64,000 nt of DNA. It comes from Barthelona sp. PCE (Eukaryota). Both the position numbers and the translations under genes were made by a program. The stretch is taken from the NCBI GenBank assembly GCA_040285745.1, contig JAUFOR010000001.1, positions 310,001-374,000 on the forward strand. The letters are read 5' to 3'. How positions within the stretch are numbered: position 1 is the stretch's first letter; every line of letters starts with the position of its first letter. Positions 29,801 to 38,308 of this stretch are shown in pieces. The notes beneath the pieces are model-generated. The model was not told where the DNA came from. It saw only the letters and a program-made list of their open reading frames with translations, and made no database searches.

Positions 29801-29982
29801 TGCAAAACGTGTCTCTGTCATTTAGCAAAAGACAGATTTCCGATAATACAGACAACTTGCTGATAGAATTACTCATACTTTGTTGTGTTGGTGTATCTAT
29901 TGCTATTCTGATTGGTTATGCCACCAATAAGTCACGAAAATCCAGGTTTGCTGATGTACAATCCTTTACTGATATCTTATAG
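26872..29982 (+). CDS. Large hypothetical single-pass (type I) membrane protein
   Basis: About 1030-aa ORF with an N-terminal signal-like segment (ATG 26872 or 26896), a beta-rich ectodomain, a C-terminal TM segment (LLIELLILCCVGVSIAILIGY) and a short tail. Confidence 0.8.
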   Translation: MSLLGTIGMQLTLILILCLSISYADVQKKNIEFFKEYTADLGTGGEQPVTYFHFELESVMYKRIEFIVYSNVSVGFMFERSAILGVDNLIFFSGHTSHGRKNLDFIPYTNPKFDGNFTGDLCFFPLEPVHVTFNLSYIEEKPGYLNSNEWIAFQSNYIYFIFPIQSELTALFASALLDLTINIVHLNESTGYVIEQYSIDLNNRLSLMLPPNSVCNSGLLVYFDDSRTYSVTNVYKLRKVNPEILKAEIAFDNPIFLSGSGVAVLLNLTGLIPTHKNLDTVVRFKAAYPLLGLKLHYVSPSFEIFQFTQCEEIQQIDVPQRFFEGSLLITSTSSVLAEISATRIVPSSMSQHLKLSFNMGGDCASFYSYQHLDLPANPTKYSDYYLYTKSSVDRSILFSKRLLSPLTINAPSTEIISVDLQPLSHVFIPMEVRQDFKYFVVNGPKTLAQLSMMIIDRTNFNIDFGTLMEERVVSTKFWIRPTHKVVQPCVLKVNSEISIDIHLQFTDEFLDHSIFSVQSGNNFVELNVLGRMIDILVTSGRGSYIHAINFGLFYVSDITVVDDKTYPFTLLANAIARANFSTSMKESIPRLFIDTENLFEGYLVFNGDQTAFSHNMFDVPMCTAHDIPNRAEFRVMIYVPQVTDIVIETFSVRTYELFVDQELEIETRHRSYLYFNVTKFIDTSLDFNIQQNILSVSIDIETNVDLSFISGKYFDFKECDCAGDIETVKLSAGTHTLNETVLSNVFDGVRHLTISSKLQGIIKIKLNVQFRSIGEFRPLTTKITFDLPANDRYYVHSIFDAEQKTREYPVVFNFCAYSYFKYSVAVNLNVIPNMKCATKVNDTLYCTRLDLTCLLKSTELYFWFGSSESDIQIHTNVLAGHLPFIDIVHNRTLNHFVLPNACYLTLITVQHTSSIGIISTTALQSTVHRVNGLCDVSYVGSTMGITKNDKELIINTHAISDNSLLVIQSCNDNADTVQNVSLSFSKRQISDNTDNLLIELLILCCVGVSIAILIGYATNKSRKSRFADVQSFTDIL

Positions 29983-30020
29983 TGAATTATGATGTAAATA
30001 TATTTTAAACTTTATTAAAT

Positions 30021-30785
30021 ATGGATTTAAGCACATTTCCTGTTAAGAAAACCATTAAAATTGGAAGAAGTTGTTATTTTTTGGAATTTGAAGGGACATT
30101 TAAGCAATGCACATTAAACATAAGTGAAGTTTCAGAAGCATTCTGTTTTGACGGTAAGTACCCAGTAGATGACGACCCAGCATCCTTTTTATCGTTTGTG
30201 GATGCTCTTTGTTGGGAAAATGGGTCTTCAGATGTAATATCTAATGTTAGTTATGAGCTGGATGAAGATATTCTTAAGTTTATAGTTTTTGTAACTTATA
30301 TAGATGACGAGGAAGACTGTTCTGAGGATGGAACTTTTACAATGCAATTTCCTTTTGATGTTACAAGAATTGAACCAGTTTATGACATTGAAACACATGA
30401 AAGTTTGGTTGATAAATATCACAAACTATTCTTGTTGGCCAAGAATCTGCTCCACGAGAACGGTATTATGAGATTGATGAATAAGGATTTGGTGGAAGAG
30501 ACATTGCCTTTCAGGACTAATTTTGAAAAGATGAAAAAAACAGTTATGCCAACTTTTATAGGTTTATTAAATGAGAAAAAAACGCGGATACAAGAATTGG
30601 AAGACTATGAAACAGATTCTGAGAATGATTCTGAGGGGATTATAGAGGAAACAATGCAAAACATTAGTGAAGATGATGAAATGGTACAAGAGCAGGTTAA
30701 AAAGACAAGAAAAGTACCAGTGCCAAAAAAGATGAAGCTTTCTTTGCCGGATCAGGAGACTTCAACTAGTTTTGGTTTCCTCTAA
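30021..30785 (+). CDS. XRCC4: XRCC4-like non-homologous end-joining protein
   Basis: Beta-rich head, coiled coil, ligase IV-binding motif FIGLLNEKKTRIQEL (XRCC4 FILVLNEKKTKIRSL) and an acidic YETDSE tail. Confidence 0.8.
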   Translation: MDLSTFPVKKTIKIGRSCYFLEFEGTFKQCTLNISEVSEAFCFDGKYPVDDDPASFLSFVDALCWENGSSDVISNVSYELDEDILKFIVFVTYIDDEEDCSEDGTFTMQFPFDVTRIEPVYDIETHESLVDKYHKLFLLAKNLLHENGIMRLMNKDLVEETLPFRTNFEKMKKTVMPTFIGLLNEKKTRIQELEDYETDSENDSEGIIEETMQNISEDDEMVQEQVKKTRKVPVPKKMKLSLPDQETSTSFGFL

Positions 30786-30790
30786 AACTT

Positions 30791-32209
30791 TCATAGACGG
30801 TTAATAATGAGTGTTCTGTGATGTGTATTTACCATTGTTACACTTAAAATGAGTGGCACGATGAGATTATCAAATCCATCAATGAACAACTCACACAAAA
30901 CAGCTACAGCACATGCAAAAATAGTACCTGCAGGGTTTAACATTGGATGATGAGCGTATTTGAACAATAAAACTATTGTGGTGACGAACAGAGCTATAGA
31001 GCCAGCGAGGGTTTTAGAATTGTGAATGATTTTTGATTTGACTGATTTCCCAATTAAAACCGCTAAGGAATCACCAATACCAAGTACAATGACACATACC
31101 ATGTCGAAATGTACAGGATGATTCAATACATGATTCAAAGAAGAACCTAGTAGCAAAAAGATATGACTGACAAAAAGATTACCTTTCTCTCTGTCATCAA
31201 CAAATTTGCTCATGAAGGAAAACAATTTTGCAATACCTTTTGGTTCGCTACTAAGATTTTTCTTATCAAATCGAATGATTTCAATAACAACAAAACAATA
31301 AAGAACAAAACCACAAGTTTCATAGAAGAAAGGCAGGTCTCTGCACACAAGGAAGAGTACAAATATAGTAAAGTGAAACACTTTTCTGATATAAATTACA
31401 TGAATCTTTAAATGTACAAAGACAAAAGCAGTGCCAATACTGATCAAACTGATTGGCAAGCATTTGATTACAATGGTCAAGATATAGTCAATGTGCTGTG
31501 TGGTGAAGACAAATCTGAGTGGTGGTTGAGCAATAAAACATACTAAGGTAATTAGGATTACTCTCAGCATACGACCAGCCAGTGATAAACCATAACCACT
31601 AATACCGAAACAAAACGCGAGCAGAGCAACCGAAAAAAGAAAGCCAGTGAGACTGTTATTCATGAAAATTAAAAATTGTGAGAATAACCAAAACTCGCGT
31701 GGTACAATTAGCTTTGAATAGCTTTTGGCTCTTTGCTGAACAACAACCGGGAGGAAAGCAAGGGCTATGCGTACGAAGAAGTGCTTTTTGATAAGACAAA
31801 ATCCACTTAATATGAAAATACTTATGAATCGAAGAGGTTTAATAGAATATATATATGATGCTAGCAATAAAACCATAGATGGGAGACCTGCACCACTCGA
31901 ATGCATGATATGTGGTGCCGTGCATACCGAAAATACCAATAAAAATGCATCATTATGTTCTATTGTGGTCATTGAACAGAAAAATGCGACAAATAAAAAT
32001 GCAAGAAAGTAAACAATAACAATAGAGGCAATGTGGTACTCAAACATGAACGATGCAGCAGTACATGTCACCAAAAGAATGCTGGTTTTAGATACATGAT
32101 CGGAAATACGAATTTCGTTGGATTCTGAAGTATTTTGTGGATCCAACTGCGTGGACACGCTCTGCCCTTCCTCAGAGCTATCTTTTTCAATATTTTGAGG
32201 TTGTGACAT
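30791..32209 (-). CDS. DOLK: Dolichol kinase (SEC59/DOLK)
   Basis: Polytopic membrane protein with RKVFHF, FVDDREKGNLFVSHIFLLLG, GIGDSLAVLIGK, KTLAGS and DNL. Start is uncertain (32209, or upstream ATGs up to 32275). Confidence 0.88.
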   Translation of the reverse strand: MSQPQNIEKDSSEEGQSVSTQLDPQNTSESNEIRISDHVSKTSILLVTCTAASFMFEYHIASIVIVYFLAFLFVAFFCSMTTIEHNDAFLLVFSVCTAPHIMHSSGAGLPSMVLLLASYIYSIKPLRFISIFILSGFCLIKKHFFVRIALAFLPVVVQQRAKSYSKLIVPREFWLFSQFLIFMNNSLTGFLFSVALLAFCFGISGYGLSLAGRMLRVILITLVCFIAQPPLRFVFTTQHIDYILTIVIKCLPISLISIGTAFVFVHLKIHVIYIRKVFHFTIFVLFLVCRDLPFFYETCGFVLYCFVVIEIIRFDKKNLSSEPKGIAKLFSFMSKFVDDREKGNLFVSHIFLLLGSSLNHVLNHPVHFDMVCVIVLGIGDSLAVLIGKSVKSKIIHNSKTLAGSIALFVTTIVLLFKYAHHPMLNPAGTIFACAVAVLCELFIDGFDNLIVPLILSVTMVNTHHRTLIINRL

Positions 32210-32364
32210 GGAATAATTGGTAAAACACCCTATAAAGCACTTTTGCATATTTTGGAATTGGTTTTGGGTGTACATTGTAACAATGTATGTGTATGGCTGT
32301 TGAGGTTAACACAATAAAGTGCACTGAGCTGTTATAAAGTTTTAATTGCTTTTCATTACGTCAG

Positions 32365-33233
32365 ATGCCTGTTCCCCCCATTCGCTGGTCCCAGAACCAT
32401 GAGAAACTGAACATTGTATTCGAAGTTCACGATTCCGAAGACTTTGAATTAGAGTTCCCCGATAACAAGCACTTGAAGTTCAGCGCCACTACAAAGGGTG
32501 TTGAATTCGCTTGCAACTTCGAACTGTTCAACACAGTCGAGTTGGAAGTATGGATTATAATTTTGTTGAAAATAGTTAAAAATTAGTCCATTTGTTTTCA
32601 CGTTAACATGTGCGTTAATCCACATACACAGGTTGTGTTAGGATTGGCTGTATTCACTTGTTGACATATAAGGAAATGAATTTTTCTATGATGATAATCA
32701 ACAAAGAATTTTTTGTATTTATTAATATTTAGTCAAAGAAGGTTAAGAAGACCGATCGTGCCATCTACTGTGAAATTGCCAAGACCCCTATCGACTTCGA
32801 ACCCGAGGATAGCGATGATGAGGACGAGGATCCCAACTTTTGGATTAGAGTTTCCAAGAATCGTCTTTCCTTCATTACCAAGGACTGGAACCGTTTTGAG
32901 CCTTCCTTTGAAGATGAGGAGAACGTTCAGGATGTCGATATGAGCCAGTTTGCTAACATGCAGGGCGGTGGTATGCCTGGTATGGGCGGTATGCCTGGTA
33001 TGGGCGGTATGCCCGGTATGGGTGGCGAAGGAGGCTTCGACATGTCACAGCTCAGCAGCATGATGGGTGCTATGGGCGGCGGCGAAGGAGGTGCTCCCGG
33101 TATGCCTGATCTGAGCGGTATGGATCCTGCCCAGCTTCAAGCCATGCTCCAGTCTATGCAGCAGAACATGCCCGAGACTGAAGAGGGTGAGCAACCTATG
33201 ATTGAAGAGGTTGAGGATGAGGAGACCGAATAA
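32365..33233 (+). CDS. PTGES3: Hsp90 co-chaperone p23/Sba1, two exons: join(32365..32547,32733..33233)
   Basis: Exon 1 reads PPIRWSQ...LELE. Splicing in phase 0 gives SKKVKKTDRAIYCEIAK...FWIRVSKNRLSFITKDWNRF, continuing in frame into the GM-rich tail typical of p23. Confidence 0.9.
32548..32732 (+). other. 185-nt spliceosomal intron in p23
   Basis: GTATGG ... ATTAAT-ATTTAG; removal restores a continuous p23 frame. Confidence 0.88.
32966..33022 (+). repeat. Coding tandem repeat (GGMPGM)x3 in the p23 tail
   Basis: About 3 copies of an 18-bp unit, ggcggtatgcctggtatg. Confidence 0.85.
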
Positions 33234-33313
33234 GTAAGTAAAAATGAGTTACAACAACTTTATTGTTTTCTTTACATATTGTAATATATGTGCTTGTAAA
33301 AAAGATACTAATT

Positions 33314-34012
33314 CTTCGCTGTTAATGCACTCCATGATATTATTCTATCTTTAATTGGTTCCAAACATATAATTTAAATCAGCTCCATTCTTGGAAATAG
33401 TCCAAAAATTGTGAGAAGACTGCTCAAACAAAAAAATTTTTTTGAGCATATCTCTCATTTTTATCTAAATTCGTGCCTTTCTCACTTAAGCCCAGTAAAT
33501 TACGAAAAAATGTGTGAAAAAGGGAAAGAATATAAATCCTGCTTTCAACTCAAAGTTGTTTTTATAGAAGTTGTGCTATTGTGCAAAAATATCAAAAATG
33601 CATAATTTTGGAATGTGCTACAATTTGAGTAAAGTAAAACGATGTGGGGTACACGGTCGTGTTATAAAGGATGGCCCTCCGTATGCAGATTCCTACACTA
33701 TCAGTTAAAAGGAAATAAGATGAAATTCATAAATTTTAAGCAGAATGGTGAAGACAGAGTGCCCGGTGCTCACTACACAACAAGAATAGATTGGAGCAGA
33801 TGAGGGAAAAGGGAAATGAGCAGAATAGCACTTTTTCCTGCTGATGCGCTCTATTTTCGGCCCACCTGTGGTGTAATTTTTCATATGGTCTACATTAACT
33901 ATGTTAGAATGAGTTTAAAAGAAAGCAAACATCGTGACGAGTTTATTTTTCCTCTTATTTACAAAATCCACATCTTTACTCTCGTTTATATCGATTAGTT
34001 CTAACAGTGAAG
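33314..34012. ncRNA. Candidate ~700-nt multibranch structured element upstream of histone H4
   Basis: Closing stem CTTCGCTGTTA/TAACAGTGAAG. Inner stems GAGTAAAG/CTTTACTC, GATGTGG/CCACATC, AAATAAGA/TCTTATTT, TGCTCAAA/TTTGAGCA and AGGGAAAAG/CTTTTTCCT. Confidence 0.45.
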
Positions 34013-34124
34013 CCGTATGGATATGCAAAAAGAGAAAAGAGGCATATCCCTTGAATGCAGGAAGGGGGTTGTTCGCCGACGAATGAACCACTGCAGTTTA
34101 ACCAAATATCTATATTTATATACA

Positions 34125-34442
34125 ATGGTCGCCGGTAAAGCAAAGGGAAAATCCGCCGCTGGTAAAAGCGGAAAAGCTAAGACAGCTTCTCGTCACCGCA
34201 AGGTGCTAAGAGCCACACAGACTCCTTCCAAGCCTTCCATTCGTCGTATCGCCCGTCGTGGTGGTTGTCGTCGTATCTCCTCTACCGTCTACGGTGAGGC
34301 CCGTTCCGTCCTTCGTTCATTCTTGAACCAGGTTCTTCGTGATGCTATCGTTTACACTACTCACGCTCGTCGTGTTACTGTCACTCCTACCGATGTCCGT
34401 TACGCCCTCAAGCGTTCCGGCCGTAAGCTGTACGGTTACTAA
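34125..34442 (+). CDS. H4: Histone H4 (divergent)
   Basis: [44 protein letters not shown] and [13 protein letters not shown]. True start is acaATG at 34125, with strong codon bias. Confidence 0.97.
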   Translation: MVAGKAKGKSAAGKSGKAKTASRHRKVLRATQTPSKPSIRRIARRGGCRRISSTVYGEARSVLRSFLNQVLRDAIVYTTHARRVTVTPTDVRYALKRSGRKLYGY

Positions 34443-34501
34443 ACAACCCAAATTCGCGTTCTGCGCACAATCAATATCTCTAAAAAAAACATCAAAAAAC
34501 A

Positions 34502-34517
34502 GGTGTTCTTAAACACC
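34502..34517 (+). promoter_or_regulatory. Histone mRNA 3' stem-loop (SLBP-type)
   Basis: AAAAAACA-GGTGTT-CTTA-AACACC-AA: a 6-bp stem starting GG with a 4-nt loop and an A-rich 5' flank, 60 nt after the H4 stop. No AATAAA lies between the stop and the hairpin. Confidence 0.8.
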
Positions 34518-34556
34518 AATTAATCTTAATTTTGTTTATCTTTGTATTTAGCCATT

Positions 34557-35237
34557 TTGGCGTTTGTAAATTTCCCGTTAAAACTCCCTGATGCATTCTC
34601 TTTGTGTTTATGGAAAATTGTAGCAGGACGGGTATGAGAAATTTTCGTTTTCTATTGCATCTCGTCATTCATCATCCGCAAGCAGATAACGATGCCTGAT
34701 CTGTGCTACTCGCTGTCTGTAATTCGCCCGCACGTACTTTCTAAAAATTGCAAATAATTTTGTGTCGGTAACTCAAAAAGGCCAATGCCTCTCCCGTCAG
34801 ATATGAGTTTTTGTGAGAGATTCTTTCACACCGAATTCCACAAGCTGAAGCAATGGGCTGGATTCCCAACTGTGCACGGAATGATGAGCTCTGAATCATG
34901 ACGTACAAGCAGATAGGAGAAAAGCTCGTTTTTTCTCTTTTCTCACCATCTCACATCCACGCGCGCAGATAATGGCGCTAGTTCCACAATAAATACTGCG
35001 GGGTACACCATCCACACACATGTCGGATAAAAATGATGCATGATCAAACACTTCGATATTTGCTGAACTGATAAACATTCTTTTATTATCACCACTCGTA
35101 CATGATGGCGAGTAATATGTAATACTTACATAACATTTAACTTTGAACCAGGAAAATTTTGTATGTTTCACATTTTACTCTCATCAATAAAGTCAAAAAC
35201 ACATTTTGTAATGTCATTTCACTGTCTCAAACGCCAA
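34557..35237. ncRNA. Candidate ~680-nt multibranch structured element between H4 and HEATR6
   Basis: Perfect closing stem TTGGCGTTTG/CAAACGCCAA. Nested stems GTGTTTAT/ATAAATAC, TGGAA/TTCCA, TGAGAAA/TTTCTCA, CGTCAT/ATGACG, TCATCATCCG/CGGAATGATGA, TCGGT/ACCGA and AACTCA/TGAGTT. Confidence 0.55.
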
Positions 35238-35332
35238 CATTAACAGCTTGTGATGCTTTAAAATGAATATTTGGAAACAAACTGGATGTTAAGAAGTTAT
35301 CCTCTCATTTCATCTTTGTTTCTGGTTGTATA

Positions 35333-38146
35333 ATGACGCAACTCATTCCACGGCTACTTTCAGCCGTATTGGGGATGTTACAAGAAGGTTTTGTACCTAA
35401 TAAGATGCAAATTATCAAAGATACAAATGAATTGGCTGAAGCAACTAAAATTTTGCGAACATGGACCCGAATTAGCCTGGAAAGAGAGATCCCCAACATC
35501 TTATCCGTATTGTCACAGGTGTTAACTCTTTCTTTCAATTTTACACGTGATCCAAGTGGTAAAAAGCATCTTGGACATCTTAAAACCGCTCTTTTAAACC
35601 TTTTCTATGTTGTTGTTAACTTGGGGCTTTGTAATAATGCAGTATTTGAAGCTAAACCATTTCAATTATTATTGCAACCGCTTTTAGATTTTGCCATGAT
35701 GGCCAACAAACCAAAGGTATTGCATTTCCGCTGCGTTTATGCGCTCCATTCTCTTATATTTAATAGAGGTGGTCTCATTGGCAATCTGACATCCCCAATT
35801 GTTAATCTAATATGCGATCTTTTGCACCCCGAAATGGACTCTTTTATGTATGACATCGGAACACAGATGGCAGTATCTATAATTTTACGTAATATTTCAG
35901 GACTAGTTGAAGGGAGAGAAAATGAGAGAATCAATCATACCTACCACACTGAGAATTGTTTCAAAAAACTTTGTACAATCATTAAAGACCCTAAAGAGTT
36001 TGAATCCCTTGATTCCGACCGTATAATATGTGTACTGAGAGCTATATCGAACACAGTTTATGATCAACGGCGATATATTGATAACGATACCATTTTTAAA
36101 CTTTTTGAAATGTCATTTTATGGCACTCGTTTCTCGCGATACGGTAACGGAAGTGATCCACAAAGTTCCACAGTAAGATTGCTTTCACTACAGACTATCA
36201 CACGTATTGTGCGCTCTATGCCTAAGAAACTTCAACAGACATGGACTATGGGCAGACGAGTATGTTTTATGCCCGTATCAAACGGTGCTTCAAAGACACC
36301 AGTGCGCGGATCATTGACGTATTTGCTTCTATGGGATGAATGTGATGATGTTCGTGCTCAGGCTGCTCGAGTAATCACATCTTTAGTGGCCGACTCAGAT
36401 TCTTTCATTACAGTTGCACGCTTTGTAGAAAATATTGGTGAGTTGAACTATGTGTCAACTGCACATACAATTGGTTCAGTTATTCGTGAGCTTTATCGTA
36501 CATTATTCAAGTCTATTGTTTCAAAACGTGTTTTTAAAGATTCAGGTAATGTTGTATCAGTAATTCCACCTTCAGAACGGATCATTGATGAATCATTAGT
36601 TGCTCTTGCTACACTAATTCATAACACCTCTTTTTCAACATATTCAAACGAATTCTACGTTAAGGTTTTCAAGAGAATTGTGAAACTTACCAAAAAATTG
36701 CCAAACAAATACCTGTTGAGACTGACTGAATGTTTTCTAAGTTTAATGCGCTGTAATGTTGATAATCAGTTACGTAGTGAACTTATTCATGAATCAAATC
36801 TTTTAAGTTACTTTATTCACACATGGAAAACTATTCCATTACGGAAAGAGCTGTATGGTTTGACAATCGAGGCAATGTCTTACTACGTTGTAAGAGTTAC
36901 TCAAGAAAGTAATGAAGCTTACGACATTCTACTTAATCATTTTACAAGGGTTATTGATTATTTTACAACCAATAGAGCGTCAAAAGAGGATCTAAACTGT
37001 CTTTCTTTTACAGTTTTTGCGTTGGATCCTCTTCAGAAGCAGGAAATCCCTGTTGAAGTACAACAATCACTGGTCAGGGGTGCTGTCCGTCTATTGAGAA
37101 GTTCTATCCTACATGATAACATGGCAATCAAACAGAGGTGCCTGATCTACCTCAATCACATCACATCAGAGGAAGTTCTGTACGGTGTTTTTGAAAATCA
37201 TAAAGAGATCGAAGAACTGTTGTTTGACAATGTACAGATTTTGAATTCATTATTTGGAGCAGCATCTATTACGGCTGGGAGACTGGTGGCTATTGTTATT
37301 GGACATGAACCTGTTGATGAAGTGGAAAGTTTTGTATTACGTGTTGTCCAAGAATTGCTATCAACTGTAAGGTCGTCACAGCTCTCACAGGCAGCCCCTG
37401 CGTTGAGAACCATCAATTTTATGTTGGTCAACGATAACAGGGATGTTCTTTTCGGATTACATTTATTGGTCTACATTTTGGATAGGCTTTTAGAACTAAC
37501 TAACGCAAGCGATACATTGCGTCACATCGTAGCACGTATTTTCGGCAATATCATTTGGCTTTTAAGTGATGAGCAAATTGAGCAGTATTTTGAGCGTATA
37601 GTATTAATGGTGCGACTGATTGTTTTAACAGGAAATCCCAAATCTATATATGCAGGCTTCTGGTCATTGAGGCAGTTGGCATTGTACGCTAAAGAAGAAG
37701 AGAATGATTTTGTTAAACAACATGTGTACTCGCAGGAATCATTGAATCTCATTGAATCCATCATTCAAAAGAAAACAACCGATAAAGCAAATGAATATGC
37801 TGTTATGTTCAATATGGAATTCCCAAAGGTGATTATTACTGAACAAAAATTGAGTATATTGTTTGAAGGTATAAAAAGAGCACCAAATCAAGATATTATA
37901 CAAGCATTTTGTCGTAGTTTTGTTAAGTTTGAGCTTGATTTTGAGTCAGAATCCAGGATTCTAGATAGTTTCAGTGTTAGAGATGTTGAATTTGTTATGA
38001 AAGAAATCGTGAAGAAGGAATTCCACAATGAATGGACTTTACAAACCGTTAACTTAGTAGATTCAATGAAATACATGAGAATAACATGTGACTTTTCGCT
38101 TGAACTTCAAGAAGCAATCAATAAGTTGAAAATTGTTGATAAATAA
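35333..38146 (+). CDS. HEATR6: HEAT repeat-containing protein 6-like
   Basis: All-helical protein. The segment SSTVRLLSL...SLTYLLLWDECDDVRAQA...SFITVA...TIGSVIRELYRTL...LATLIHNT matches the HEATR6 conserved (DUF4042-type) region. Confidence 0.75.
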   Translation: MTQLIPRLLSAVLGMLQEGFVPNKMQIIKDTNELAEATKILRTWTRISLEREIPNILSVLSQVLTLSFNFTRDPSGKKHLGHLKTALLNLFYVVVNLGLCNNAVFEAKPFQLLLQPLLDFAMMANKPKVLHFRCVYALHSLIFNRGGLIGNLTSPIVNLICDLLHPEMDSFMYDIGTQMAVSIILRNISGLVEGRENERINHTYHTENCFKKLCTIIKDPKEFESLDSDRIICVLRAISNTVYDQRRYIDNDTIFKLFEMSFYGTRFSRYGNGSDPQSSTVRLLSLQTITRIVRSMPKKLQQTWTMGRRVCFMPVSNGASKTPVRGSLTYLLLWDECDDVRAQAARVITSLVADSDSFITVARFVENIGELNYVSTAHTIGSVIRELYRTLFKSIVSKRVFKDSGNVVSVIPPSERIIDESLVALATLIHNTSFSTYSNEFYVKVFKRIVKLTKKLPNKYLLRLTECFLSLMRCNVDNQLRSELIHESNLLSYFIHTWKTIPLRKELYGLTIEAMSYYVVRVTQESNEAYDILLNHFTRVIDYFTTNRASKEDLNCLSFTVFALDPLQKQEIPVEVQQSLVRGAVRLLRSSILHDNMAIKQRCLIYLNHITSEEVLYGVFENHKEIEELLFDNVQILNSLFGAASITAGRLVAIVIGHEPVDEVESFVLRVVQELLSTVRSSQLSQAAPALRTINFMLVNDNRDVLFGLHLLVYILDRLLELTNASDTLRHIVARIFGNIIWLLSDEQIEQYFERIVLMVRLIVLTGNPKSIYAGFWSLRQLALYAKEEENDFVKQHVYSQESLNLIESIIQKKTTDKANEYAVMFNMEFPKVIITEQKLSILFEGIKRAPNQDIIQAFCRSFVKFELDFESESRILDSFSVRDVEFVMKEIVKKEFHNEWTLQTVNLVDSMKYMRITCDFSLELQEAINKLKIVDK

Positions 38147-38308
38147 AAAACGAAACTTTGTGTTTTTGGTATTTGTAAGATTTACACCATGTTAAGCAGT
38201 CTCGTAGTGAATAAAAAAGCGGGATCTTTGATGTACACAATGTTTTACGAAAGTTTAAGTTGTAATTCGTTTTTTTATTCTTCTTAACAGTTTATCTGAA
38301 TTATAGAT

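Noticed and set aside
34017-34124. 36-aa N-terminal extension of H4 in the ORF track
   Set aside because: It lies in the hairpin-forming upstream region. The acaATG at 34125 fits both the local start context and normal H4 length.
34009-34737. Group II intron domain V-like words (GAAGCCGTATG at 34009; CGCACGTAC at 34729)
   Set aside because: The two halves are 700 nt apart on either side of H4, and neither has its local partner strand. No domain VI, intron boundaries or RT ORF were found.
34665-34845. Minus-strand U6-like (ACAGACAG...TAGCA...GGATGA) and RNase P CR-I-like (GTGGAATTCGGTG) words
   Set aside because: There is no intact ACAGAGA box or ISL, and the P4 partner is too close with no other conserved regions. 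Not supportable without a covariance-model search.
12592-35043. Shared 11-mer ATGATGCATGA at 12592 and 35033 as box C/D snoRNA starts
   Set aside because: Box C is imperfect, terminal stems and box D are unconvincing, and an 11-mer match is expected by chance in several kb of AT-rich spacer.
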